Source: Craspedostauros australis
Taxonomy: Eukaryota
Assembly (NCBI GenBank): GCA_030167865.1
Contig: JALAGF010004429.1
Coordinates: forward strand, 62,001 to 126,000
DNA length: 64,000 nt
Direction of reading: 5' to 3'
The position numbers were made by a program, and so were the translations under genes. How positions within the stretch are numbered: position 1 is the first letter of the stretch; every line of letters begins with the position of its first letter. Below the pieces are notes generated by a model. That model saw only the letters and a program-made list of their open reading frames with translations. It was not told the DNA's origin and did not search any database. Shown here piece after piece: positions 1 to 11,110 of this stretch.

Positions 1-160
1 GATGGGTGGAACAGTCGCCATCTTCGTATGACGGCGTGAACGAACTCGTGTGTAAACGCACATCACATCTCAAACAAGAACAAGAGAGCAAACGGTGCTC
101 GTGTCATCTGCTACACTCTACTCGATGACACTCTTGATGACTTCAAGAACATTATCGAAG

Positions 161-1555
161 ATGGCAATCACTCCGATTGCACTGAGATTGACGGTGGCAT
201 TGGCATTGACCTTGGCATTCGTGTCGACGATATCAACTTCGGCATTCACTGCGGATGCCTTCATCATCCCCTCGCACAAGTCCAAGCATGCAACGACGAC
301 GACGACGACGACGACGACGACAGCATTGAACGCCGGTCGAATCCAGCCACCGTCGACCGCAGGCGGCATTACATCCAACCTCATCTCACAGCTCGCCGTC
401 ATCGCTCTCAAGCTCCGTCTGAAGGACCAAACGCAGGTCGAGTGCGATGTCACCATGGACCCGGTCCAGTTCCTGCGCGGCAATGTTGGCCCTGTCACCG
501 TCAAGGGCCGTGGTTGGCGCAGCAGCTTGAATCTTACGTGTCGGGCCATCGAGGCGACGGTGGAAACCTGCGAATTGGATTTCGGGCGCATCCTTGCCAA
601 GCAAAAGATCGTGCTCACGAAAGAAGGTACATACTTGCACATGCTGCGACAACCTGTCCTCAACAGAGTGCTTGAGTTTGACGTCGATGGATGAGTGGGA
701 GTGTTCTATCGACTCCATTGCAGAGTGCCCGTGCTACTCTCCTATGATGCTACCCTGCAATTACACCAGCGTCCAAACGAATGGAAGCTGCGATGGAGTG
801 ATTGGATGATCACAAAAGGGCATGGAGTTGTCCAATCATGCAGATCAGTTGGTTGTTTTCATCGTTGATGGTGGCCGTGTTGTAGCAAGAGAGGGGATTG
901 CACAATGTACTACTCGACTCCATTATTCTATATAGTATTTTACACCACTGGCAAACAATGCCAAGAGTTGAGTGTTGCAACCCCAAGTAGGTCATTCAAT
1001 TGCATGTGATCTCACACGTTGCCAACTCAACGCCGTCAAATATGCACACCTCTTCTCACATCGTACACAGCCAACGGCAAGGCGCTCATCGCGATGACCG
1101 GGACAGATTTTGGGAATTTCATCACGCACCCGCTGCTTCGGCCACCCCGGGCATCAGGAAAGGGACAGCTGGTGTTCCTCAAGGACGGAGCCTTCGTCGA
1201 TGCGCAGCGTAACGCCATTCGTTTCTTTGGTGACTATGAAGGACAGAAATGGAAATTCAGCTTGCAACGTGGCACGACGCCTGGCAACGCCGTGGTCCAA
1301 GCAGAATTGCAGGAGGATGCGGCGTCGTCAGCCACAACATCTGTGGCAGAAACTAGACCTGAGGATGTCATGGTGTTGACATCGGAACTGAGCGAATTGG
1401 TCGCCACATTTTTCAATCAAATGGAATTTGAACTGGATGGGACGTTCTTGAAGTTCGATGACCTCATGATAACATCGAAGGGGCAAGAACCAAGCGTCAT
1501 GCTGGCGCTGAAGATTCGCGTCGTCAAGTTTCCTTCAGCTGGGATTGAGTTTTAG
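161..1555 (+). CDS. Probable plastid-targeted protein, DUF2993/LmeA-like; 2 exons (161-626, 1071-1555), ~316 aa
   Basis: ATG at 161; hydrophobic signal peptide ending SAF/ADAF, then a Thr-rich transit-like stretch. Donor AG|gtac at 627 and acceptor cacag at 1070 join in frame (K-E-A-N-G-K). 'FLRGNVGPVTVKGRGW' and 'DFGNFITHP' resemble DUF2993-type proteins (by eye). Confidence 0.7.
293..322 (+). repeat. (ACG)9 trinucleotide repeat plus ACA, encoding poly-Thr in the transit peptide
   Basis: Directly visible tandem ACG run. Confidence 0.9.
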
Positions 1556-2072
1556 AGAGAGAGAAAGTAGACAACGCTATTACCACACAATTCCGACGAG
1601 CACTTATTCTTACACGTAAGGCCAGAGAAGATGAGCGGGGAGACGTTTGTTAAGTGAAACAGTGGTGCACTGAAAGGTTATTTTGAGTGCCGGAAAGGAG
1701 GTTGGAATCTTTTTGTGGGAGGAGATCGTGCGTAGCAATGGAATATGCCCGTCGCCTGTTTCCATGTCGATGCGTCCACATTCCGGCACCACTGATCGTG
1801 GGTGATCATCATCGTCATCATCAAAGTGCAAACAAATCTTTGTCGCCGCGTACGGATGCCCTCCATCAGTTCACTGTTCATTCCATACCGGCCAAGCCAC
1901 AGCGTTCCATGGTCAAGTCAACTTCAAAGCAATGGTCTACCCAAACATCTTCAAACTCGTTGATCAGACCGCACGCTTCGTCGAGATCGGATCTCTGTGA
2001 CCGCCACGACAAGCCTCACCTCCATCATGTCTCTCGTTCCTCCTATTTGCTACTGCGCAAGTAGAGAGCATC

Positions 2073-3107
2073 CTATTTGCCCAAAGCCTTGCCCTTTCTT
2101 TTCTGCCTTGACTTGAGCGCCTTGTTGACCGATTCCTTGCCGGCCTTCTTGCTGGCATCGGGATCCAACCGCTGGACCATGAAGTCCGGTGCATTCAACC
2201 AGTCCTCGCCGCCGGTCTTGGGCCAGATGGTCTTGTGGAAGAAGTAGAAGTGACCCGACAGCATACCGAGCACATGCGGCAGGCCCGCGGACAAGTTTCC
2301 GGCCTGCAGCACGTCCGTCGCCATCAATGCCAGCGGCAGCAAGTAGTAGTGGATTTTGAAAATCAGCCAATTGACCTCCATCTTGGGTGTGATGCGGCTG
2401 AGCACGTGCAGCATGGAGGTGACCATGGAGGATGCGAAGAACGGCATGCCGAACATCATGCTGAGGACGGTGAGTAGGCTGACCTGCGTCAGGAGGAAGA
2501 CGAGGAATTGCGCCGGTCCGTAGAGGCGTTCCAGGTTGGAACCGTGCTCGTAGAGGTAGTAGCCGCTCAGCAGCCATGAGATGCTGGGCTTGCCGAGGAA
2601 GGACGCGGCCGTAACGATTCTCCAGACCTCCATACCGTAAATGATCCTCATTGGATCCAGTGCCATGACAGACTGCGCCATCTCCTCTCCGAGCGCTATT
2701 CCAACCACTGTGACAATGCCGACCATGATGACGTATCCTTTCGTGATTGGCTGCATCTTCTGCAAGAAGTCAAGCGAGGAGGATTCTTTCTTTTTGGAGT
2801 CGTCGTCCTTCTTCGATCCAGTCACTTTTCTCTTGCCAGTTGCAGTCTTCTTGCCTTTTGCCGAAGATGCCTTCTTGCTGCCAAGGCTGGCTAGGGATGC
2901 GGATCGCGATTTTGACTTGGACTTTCGCTTGGCACCGCCACGCAAGGCCAACAGGGCCTCCAAAGACTGGCTTGTTTCTCTGGGAACGAATGTCATTGGG
3001 GCAGCAGCGACTGCGCTCGTGCTCGCACCAGCGGATCGCGCATCCGCAATGCTCGCTGCGCATGCCAACGTCAACACGCCGGCCGTGTTCTTCGAGATGA
3101 GCTTCAT
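2073..3107 (-). CDS. Derlin (Der1 family) with N-terminal signal peptide; likely symbiont-type (SELMA) Derlin; ~344 aa
   Basis: Derlin motifs 'EVWRIVTAASFLG', 'YLYEHGSNLE' and 'HVLGMLSGHFYFF', preceded by a signal peptide (MKLISK...IADA), an LRGG motif and a Lys-rich linker; single exon. Confidence 0.85.
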   Translation of the reverse strand: MKLISKNTAGVLTLACAASIADARSAGASTSAVAAAPMTFVPRETSQSLEALLALRGGAKRKSKSKSRSASLASLGSKKASSAKGKKTATGKRKVTGSKKDDDSKKKESSSLDFLQKMQPITKGYVIMVGIVTVVGIALGEEMAQSVMALDPMRIIYGMEVWRIVTAASFLGKPSISWLLSGYYLYEHGSNLERLYGPAQFLVFLLTQVSLLTVLSMMFGMPFFASSMVTSMLHVLSRITPKMEVNWLIFKIHYYLLPLALMATDVLQAGNLSAGLPHVLGMLSGHFYFFHKTIWPKTGGEDWLNAPDFMVQRLDPDASKKAGKESVNKALKSRQKRKGKALGK

Positions 3108-3140
3108 GATCAGTCGATTATGTTGTCGTAATTGCTCGTA

Positions 3141-3172
3141 TGATGTGATGTGATGTGATGCGATGTGATGTG
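3141..3172. repeat. (TGATG)n pentanucleotide microsatellite upstream of the Derlin gene
   Basis: tgatgtgatgtgatgtgatgcgatgtgatgtg. Confidence 0.8.
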
Positions 3173-3777
3173 GTATTGGTGTGTACGTATTGCTTCTCAA
3201 ATGGATGCCTCTTCCACACGGAAAGGGGAAAGACGATGGGATAATGGAATGGAGGATGCTGCAGCAGAGTAATGGGTTTGTTTGCAGCGTGGAGCATTCG
3301 TATTGCCTCCCTGATTGTGTGGATGTGCGACGGCGTGGCGATTGTTGCGGCTTTGGGGAGACCTGTCGTGATGGCCACCAGAAACGTACTCGATTCGAGT
3401 TCGTGGTCGTTTTCGTGTGTCTTGCTGTGGATGCGCATTTTTGTGTGTTGGTGAAGATGAAGTGAAGTAAGAGGTTCCACCTGGCATGAATGACTCACTC
3501 GACCACCTACGTGACGTCACAGAGATGCACACAAGAAAAGGATTCGGATCGGTTTGGTTTTCATCTGGATTCGCCCTCTGCCATCATCGAAAACAGCTCA
3601 CCAAATCGAACGAAGGAGAAGTCGCGATGACTGTTGCTTTCCTCTGTCTCTGTTTGTGTGGTTTGTGTGGTTGGGTGCTGAATGGATCCGATCAATTCTT
3701 CCTACCATAGGTGCATGCACTGTAACATCACAAAATACAAATCACACCTTGCACAGCTCGAACTCCAGCACTCCACC

Positions 3778-4915
3778 ATGATGTTCCTCCGAATTGCAAC
3801 CATCCTGTCGGTCATGGCTGCGGCCGATGCCTTCACAGTCGCCGTGTTCGGTGCCTCTGGATTGACTGCCTCCGAATGTGTCTACCAGGCCGTGCAGGAG
3901 GGAGACAACGTCGTTGGATTGACAAGGTGAGAATCATGGGTGGGTCCCAATGTATCATAGAATACCAGGTTTCCTTCCTACCTCTGTCTGTTGCAACGAG
4001 TGCTTGAAATGGCTTCATATGGGAGCACCATTGCTCCATGACCTCCTGTGGAAGATAGATGCGATGTCGCTCTTGAGAGAGCATGGTGTTGTACCGCCTG
4101 GCCTGGCATGGTATGATTCGGTGGGGCAAATGAAGTCGTCCCTTTCGCCCAAAGATCAGCCACTGCCAATTTGTTCGATGATTGGCATTCCCATCGTCGC
4201 ACCGCAAAGATCAAACACTCACGCAATCCAACGCCCCACCCATGCACGATTAACGTACTTACATGTACCCACGCAACATGAGCTCTGCAGAAACCCATCC
4301 AATCTCGTCGTGCCAGCTGGATCCGGTGGCGCCAAGGCCGGAGAGCCATTCGAGGCACCCACATTGACCATGATCGGGGGGGATGTCACCAAAAAGTCCG
4401 ATGTGGAGAAGGTCTTCCAGGCAGGTAAGATCGACGGTGTCATCGTCGCGCTTGGTGGAAAGACGAAGGATGTCGGTGAGACCATGCTCACGGATGGTAC
4501 CAACAACATCATCGAATGCATGAAGGAGAACGATGTCAAGCGCTTGGCGGTCGTCACCTCCATCGGTGCCGGCGATTCTGAGAACCAGGCACCCTTCTTC
4601 TTCAAGGTCCTCATGTGGACCGCCATGAAGAAGATCTTCACCGACAAGAACAACCAGGAGGCAGCCGTCGCCAGCAGCGGGCTGGATTACTGCATCGTGC
4701 GTCCAGGAGGACTGACCGTGGAGCCACCAACCGGCATCGTCAACGTCATTGATGGTGAGGCCGGTAGCATCACACGTGCCGATGTCGCTCAATTTTGTTT
4801 GGATGCCGTTCGTGTGGACGACTTCCCATACATCGGCAAGGCACCATGCATCAGCAGCGTTGGTGGAACTTCCTGGAAGAAGGACCGATCGGGGGCTGCC
4901 AGAGGCGAGATGTAA
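3778..4915 (+). CDS. NAD(P)H-binding atypical SDR, flavin reductase/biliverdin reductase B-like; 2 exons (3778-3926, 4291-4915), ~257 aa
   Basis: Rossmann start 'VAVFGASGLTA', then 'GDVT', 'VKRLAVVTSIGAGDS', 'GLDYCIVRPGGL', 'ITRADVAQF'. Donor AG|gtgag at 3927 and acceptor tgcag at 4290 give in-frame L-T-R-N-P. Confidence 0.85.
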
Positions 4916-5321
4916 GAGCCCAGCACGCTGAGTGCGCGAGCTTTCTCGCTCTCTAGAGTACATGCGCAACCACAATTACTCTGCTAAGCACAGCATTGAC
5001 AGCGTAGAAATGTACAAGCGCATACGGTTGGCAGTGGATAGCAACGAGTTTGGCGATTGCAAGATCTCACTTCCAAATTGCTGGACGGCAAGCGCCCACA
5101 GCAACTGACCTACTCTGCGCCTGAACATGTTGCACGCAATGCGTGTTGCAATCATTGGCAATCTATTACCTTATATGAAAGAGCACAGTTCTGCTTGCGA
5201 CCGTGCTTAAACCGATCGTTGCATAACATCTTCAAGAGCAACGTTGCATGTCCTCAATGAGTATTAGAATGCCACAGATCCTCTCTACAAATTCGTCACC
5301 ACCATGAAGCACGTACGATAC

Positions 5322-7154
5322 CTACTTCAGAGCAATCACATCGATCGCGAACTTCACGGTCCTTGGTCGGACCCACGACTTTTTGTTGGACCACAACAGA
5401 GTGCATGCGTTGTCATAGTTGAATGCGCCTTCCGTTTCACCGCCTGCGCCGGACTTGACCACCCTGTCCTTGACCAGAAAGTCTGCCTTCTTCTGCTCCG
5501 CCGCCGTGCTGCACTTGCCCTTCAGTATGTTGAAATCGATCGTGAGCTCTGCCGGCGTGAAGTCGAACTTCCACCGCAGCACGACGAATCGGATGTCCAC
5601 GGACTGGGCATGCTCACCGAGCTCGACGATGATGTTGCCCATATCTCCGGCACCAATGACCAACGAACCGCTCTTCTTGAATAGTATGTTCTCCGTCTCG
5701 TTGGCGTTGGATCTGTTCTGGTTCTTTCGGAGCTTGTTCTCCAACATAGTGACCTTCTCCTGCATGAGCCTCTTGGACTCCGCACTGGCAAGCGCCCATT
5801 CCTTCAAGGCCTGCACCTGCGCCTCCAGCTGAATGATCTTCTCGCGATCCGTCTTGGAGGAGTTGGCGGCCTCCGCGCCTCTGGCTGCTCTGACATTCGC
5901 CTTGGCATTTGCCTTCGTGACCAAATCGATCTCCATCTGCATCTCCTCCAGCGAGGCAACCTTGTCATGCAAGGCCCTCGTCGCCTGCTCGGCCTCCATC
6001 TGCGCGAGCTTGATCTCCATTTGGTACCTCGAGATGTCCTTGCGTGCATCATCGCGCTCGGCGTGGCTCGTCTTGACGCTGGCCTCCAGCTGGATGCACC
6101 GTGCCGACAGGGTGGAGTTCAACGATTCCAGCTTGTCAATTCGCTCCTTCGATTCTCCAAGTTCCTGCATGAGCATGGAATCGAGGGCCGACGTCGCCGG
6201 TTGCTGCAGCGGTGCCTCCAATGATGACTTCGACGTCTCCGTTGTTGGAGCCGTATCCTCGCCGCCGGTCTGTCCAACGCTGAGCAGCGCCTTGTCGAAG
6301 TTCGTTTGGAAGTCCATGAGCAAATCCACTGCAGGGGCGTCATCGTTTGATTTGGTTGTTTTGAATAGATGCAGTATGGTTTCATGTTATGACATATGCA
6401 AAGAGAAGTCAACACAAAGCATGGGTTAGTATGGTACTGCGTCACTGATTTGATCATCAACCGAACGCAATTGTCGAGGATGACAACGCCGTCAAGCAGC
6501 AGCACAGCCATGAAAGGTAACAGTGATCCTGCGATCCATGTAGATGCCATACATGCCGTGATGTTGCAACACAAAAGCGGCGCACTCACTGTGTGTGGGC
6601 CGACTCTGAATCTTGTCGAGCCGTTGCGTCAGCTTCTCGATCTCCTTGATCGCCTGATGCAAACGCTTCTGGGTGGCTTCGAGATCGATCTTGGATTCAC
6701 GCTGCGCCTGCGCCGAACGGCCCAGCAGGGACTTGAGCTTGTCCACCTTGGCCTTCAACGCGGCATGTTCTTTCAAAATCGCGCGGCATGCGCGGATGTC
6801 CGTCTCGTTGATCCTGCCATCCTTGACGGCCTTGGTCAGTTCCTTGCCGGCGTCCGCATTCGTATGGGAGAGCCGCGATTCTGTTTTGACGGCTGCCGGG
6901 ATAACTGGCTTTTCTGCGGGAGGCGCCTTTGGTTTTGGTTTGGGAGGCGCTGATGTTGCAGGCTTGGTCACCCCTTCGCTCGTTCCGGTTGCAGCCGGCT
7001 GGGCGCTGCTTGGGCTTGCCGTCTTCTTCTCGGCTGTGGCGGTCCCCGCACTCGCGCCCGATGCAGGTGTGGAGGCAGCAGGTCGCACCGCGGCCGCTGT
7101 TCCGGTTGTCGGCGGCGACTTTGGCTTGCTGCTGTTCGATGTCTCTTCAGTCAT
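5322..7154 (-). CDS. Coiled-coil protein with C-terminal GOLD-like domain; 2 exons (7154-6590, 6328-5322), ~523 aa
   Basis: Long E/K/L/A heptad-rich region; C-terminal 'VLRWKFDF...IDFNI...CTLLWSNKKSWVRPRTVKFAIDV' matches the GOLD pattern. gtgag donor and tgcag acceptor give in-frame T-H-M-D-L. Confidence 0.75.
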
Positions 7155-8327
7155 TCTGCGTTCCTCTTTCGCAATTCCGCAATCAGAAATCTGATCTCAA
7201 TTCACTCCAGAATTTCCTCTTTTGCTGCTCTGCCTTGGGCACCAGTATGATCGATGCTTGTGCTTGTGCAAATGGAACAGAGTATAATAGATCGTACGGG
7301 TACGCGAGCGAATCCCATGAACTCATTTGAGTATCAAGGAGGTGTCGAGAGAAGAGAGACCAGGACGAACAGAGAAACGAACAGATCCGAACACCACCAC
7401 CAACAACACCAACAACACCAACAGCAACAAGACCAGCAACGCAAGATCGCTGCCATGGTCAACGGTCACAGATTCATCCAAAATTTGGTGTGCTCTGTGT
7501 TGTTTGTTCTTTGTTTCTTATAATGCCCCATAATTGTAGTATATTGTATTGGATACAATATTGACTAGATCGACCACTGAAATTGAATATATTGTTCTGA
7601 TAGTATACATTTTCGATCTTGGAAAGACTGGGGCTGCAACACCCAACCAAAAAACGTCATCCAGAAAACACGGGTCGACCAACTCAGGGAAGACGCACAC
7701 GCCACTTTTTTGGGTGATGATGAAGAAACGGAGTTCCGCAGCTGCTGATGCGGCCGATGTCGCTACCCGTGGCAGAATCAGAGAGGGTTCTGTGGCGGTC
7801 TGCATCATCCACGATGGTTCTGTCCGGTTCCTGACGAGGCTGCTTGCAGTCGTAGAGTGATTGTATTCTGAGCACAGGCATCGTTCTGCAGTGCAGCTCG
7901 TCAACACTCACAAATTGAGCTTCCTGTCCTTGGAGATGTCTGAGTCGTCAGGGAAGCGAAAGAAGAAATCGACCACAGAAGCTCCTGCGAGTGACTCATC
8001 CATCATCACCAACTGCAAGGGCCAGCAACACGATTGGCATCATCATCGACGCAACAACATCAACGACAACAACAACAGCTACAGCTACAAAGCGACACAA
8101 TTCCAACCAGGCCATCACCAACTCAACCCAATTCAGTGACGACGTGGAAGACGGAGAAGGACAAAGCTCAGAGCCCATCACAAACAAAGCACTGTTGTCC
8201 TACTTTCACAACAATCGCATCCGTCATCGTCATAAACAGAATAACCAGACGACAGTCAGCAATACCCAAGTGAAGTCGAGACAAGCCAACTCAACCAACA
8301 ACTCGACCATACCAAGCACAGACAAAG

Positions 8328-10595
8328 ATGACAATGAAGAGAGGACGATCGATGCTCAGTGTGCTTGCCCTGCTGGCAAGTCTGCACTGCGTGGAATGCA
8401 GCAGCCAACCGAAATCCAGACGAATGGGAATCCAACAGACAGCGAAGACACCATCAATCGGCGAAGTGAAGATGTACAGATTCGACAAAAAGAGCTCCAA
8501 CTCCACAGTGCCGAATGATACGAAACCGGAAACGACGCACAGGATACGGAATGCGGCCGGCAACGACAGCAGGAATGGAAAGAGTCAAACCGACAATGAA
8601 TCGCCACCATTTGCGTTTCCGTCGTTCAACAGAGAATCATCCCAGAGAGGTATTGGAGGCGAGGGTAGCGCAGCATCTGCAGCACCGACTGCCGCGCCGT
8701 CAACGGCAAACAACGAGAATTACAACAGAGGCGGCCAATTCGGATTGCTGAGACAGCACCAGCAGCACAACCAATCGCAGCCATCGCGAACGCAGCATTC
8801 GTCTGCCATCGACAGCAGCAGGATCGCGGAAATGAACAGCAGCCTCTTCAAGCTGCTGCTGCCGATGATGGCAACATTTGCCATCAACCCGCTGGTCTCC
8901 GCTCTGGATCTCTTCTGGGTCAACCGCCTTGGTGATGCGTTGGCGGTGGCGGGACAGGCAGCAGCCAACCAGGTGTATTCCTCCAGCTTCTGGATCTTCT
9001 CCTTTCTGCCCGCCGTCACCGCGACGATCGTCTCCAAGCGCCACGCCAGCGGAGACACGGAGGGCACGCAGGAAGCGATCTGCCAGGCCTTGGTCATAAG
9101 CTCGATGATTGCCGTCAGTGGTTCCATGTTCATGTTCTTCAACCCGGAGAAGGCGCTTGGTTCCATCCTCAAGGGTGAGTCATTGATCGTTCGCTTTCTT
9201 CCGCCATTCCTTTCTGTGTCATTTTGTCGCGTCATCCGTTTTCCTTTGCGGCATCTTTCTATTTGCCTTTTGCGCTATCATGCACCAATCCCATCTATGC
9301 AAACAGAACACTAGCATCACAACCTCACAGAGTATCCGAAACTGACTCACTCACCCACTCATCTGCCCTCTTGTGGAAAACACGCATGTATATTATGAAC
9401 CACACCCCAACCGACGGCAATGGTGACGACCACAATGTTTATTACAATGAAAACGAAAATGACCCTGGCAACTATTATACGTTACAACCTCTCGCTCAAT
9501 CCAGTCGGAGCACCGGCCTTGACGGTGGCGAGACCGTACCTGAGAATCCGAGCTTTCTCCTTCCTCCCCATGATGATCAGCTTCGTTGGATTTTCGGCAC
9601 TGCGCGGCATTATGGACATCAAGAGCGGCGTCAAGATCGCTGTGTGCGCCAACACCTTCACGCTGCTCCTTGACCCACTGCTCATCCACGTGGCCGGTTT
9701 CGGAGTGAAGGGTGCCGCCATGGCGACCCTCACAGCCGAAGTCGCCAGCGCCTCCGCCTACCTCTTCATCCTGCTCAGACGGAAGCTCATCACATGGTCC
9801 AAACTTTGGCGATTGCCCTCCATCTCCTCCATGGCGCCTGTCCTGAAGGGCGGCATGGCCCTGCAAATCCGCAGCGTCGCGTTCAACATCTCCTTCCTCA
9901 TGGTGGCGCGCGTCATCCAGTCGATCGACGACACCGGCATCTCGGCCGCTGCCCACGCCATCATCATGCAAACGACGCAGCTCGGGGGCATCACGCTGGG
10001 TGCACTCAGCATGGTCGCGCAGACCATCGTGCCGAACGTCATGGTGGAACGCTACGATGAACAGCAAAAGAAGCACGTGGGCGGCACCGCCTACGCAAAG
10101 GCCGCCGTGCGCAACCTGATGCGCTGGGGATTGATCTTCGGTGTCGGCGTGGGCGTGCTGCAACTGATCCTGCTGCCGGGCATCATGAAGAGCAGCCCGT
10201 TGCCGGAAGTCCGCGCCGCCGCCAAGTTGCCGGCCACCGTCTCCAGCTGTCTCCAGGTGCTCAATGGCCTGGTCATGGTCGGCGAAGGCATCATGATCGG
10301 GACGGGGAGCTTCGTGCATCTCGCCATCAACATTATCATCGCCACGTTGAGCTTCATTGCGTCGCTGCAATTCCTGCCAGAGCGCTTTGGCTTGCTCGGC
10401 GTCACGATGGGACTTGGCATCTTCACCTTCTGCCGTCTCATCGGTGTGTTGGCGCATCAGATGTACCACGGTCCTTTGGCCATACGGTCGCCAACTCCAT
10501 CGCCTCGATCAGAATCGGGAATGACAGACGCAAGAACGACATCGTCTCCGCGGAACGGAATGTTCGGCCTCATTAAAAATAATGGAAGTTCATAA
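8328..10595 (+). CDS. MATE family efflux transporter (DinF-like) with long N-terminal extension; 2 exons (8328-9174, 9505-10595), ~645 aa
   Basis: MATE motifs 'INPLVSALDLFWVNRLG', 'ARPYLRIRAF', 'FGVKGAAMATLTAE', 'AAAHAI'; many TM helices. G|gtgag donor and ccag acceptor are in frame. Confidence 0.9.
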
Positions 10596-11110
10596 ATCCT
10601 TCATGTACCACCTCGTGTGATGCAATCCTGCTTGCTATCCTACGGCACGTGCATGCATCAGTTTGAATTGAATGAAAGCACTTTACTCCGCGTGCATGGA
10701 GTAGTCTGAGGCGGAGTGGAATGCATCACGATGCATCGTTGAATGTGGAAGATCGATAGGCTATTAGATTTGATCGTGACTGGTATCCATACAAGTCACG
10801 AAGAGAAGTGGAAAATGGCGAAGAAAAATCACGCCTTGTTGTTTGTGCGTGGAGAAACGTTGTGACCGACAAGAACAAGAACGAAGGCTGTCGCAACAAA
10901 GACGCAAGGAAGAAACCGCCGCCTTTGTTGCAGTTCATGAATGACATGATCAAGAGAGAGACCCGCCTCCTCGCTGTTCACATCACCATTGTGACTGCTG
11001 CCTCATCCACTACTCCACACAACATACCTACACACAAGTACACACAAGTGTTATACATACATACACATACATCGTCGGACGACAGACGAAGATCAAGATA
11101 ACGAGCAAAC

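Noticed and set aside
3950-4290. In-frame N-terminal extension of the reductase in the ORF track
   Set aside because: It lies in the intron; exon 1 supplies the missing Rossmann motif and splices in frame.
7541-7561. 9-bp hairpin atattgtat-tgg-atacaatat in an AT-rich patch
   Set aside because: Short, low-complexity, and no TSD or partner terminus found.
9393-10469. 358-aa minus-strand ORF
   Set aside because: Antisense shadow of the GC3-rich MATE exon.
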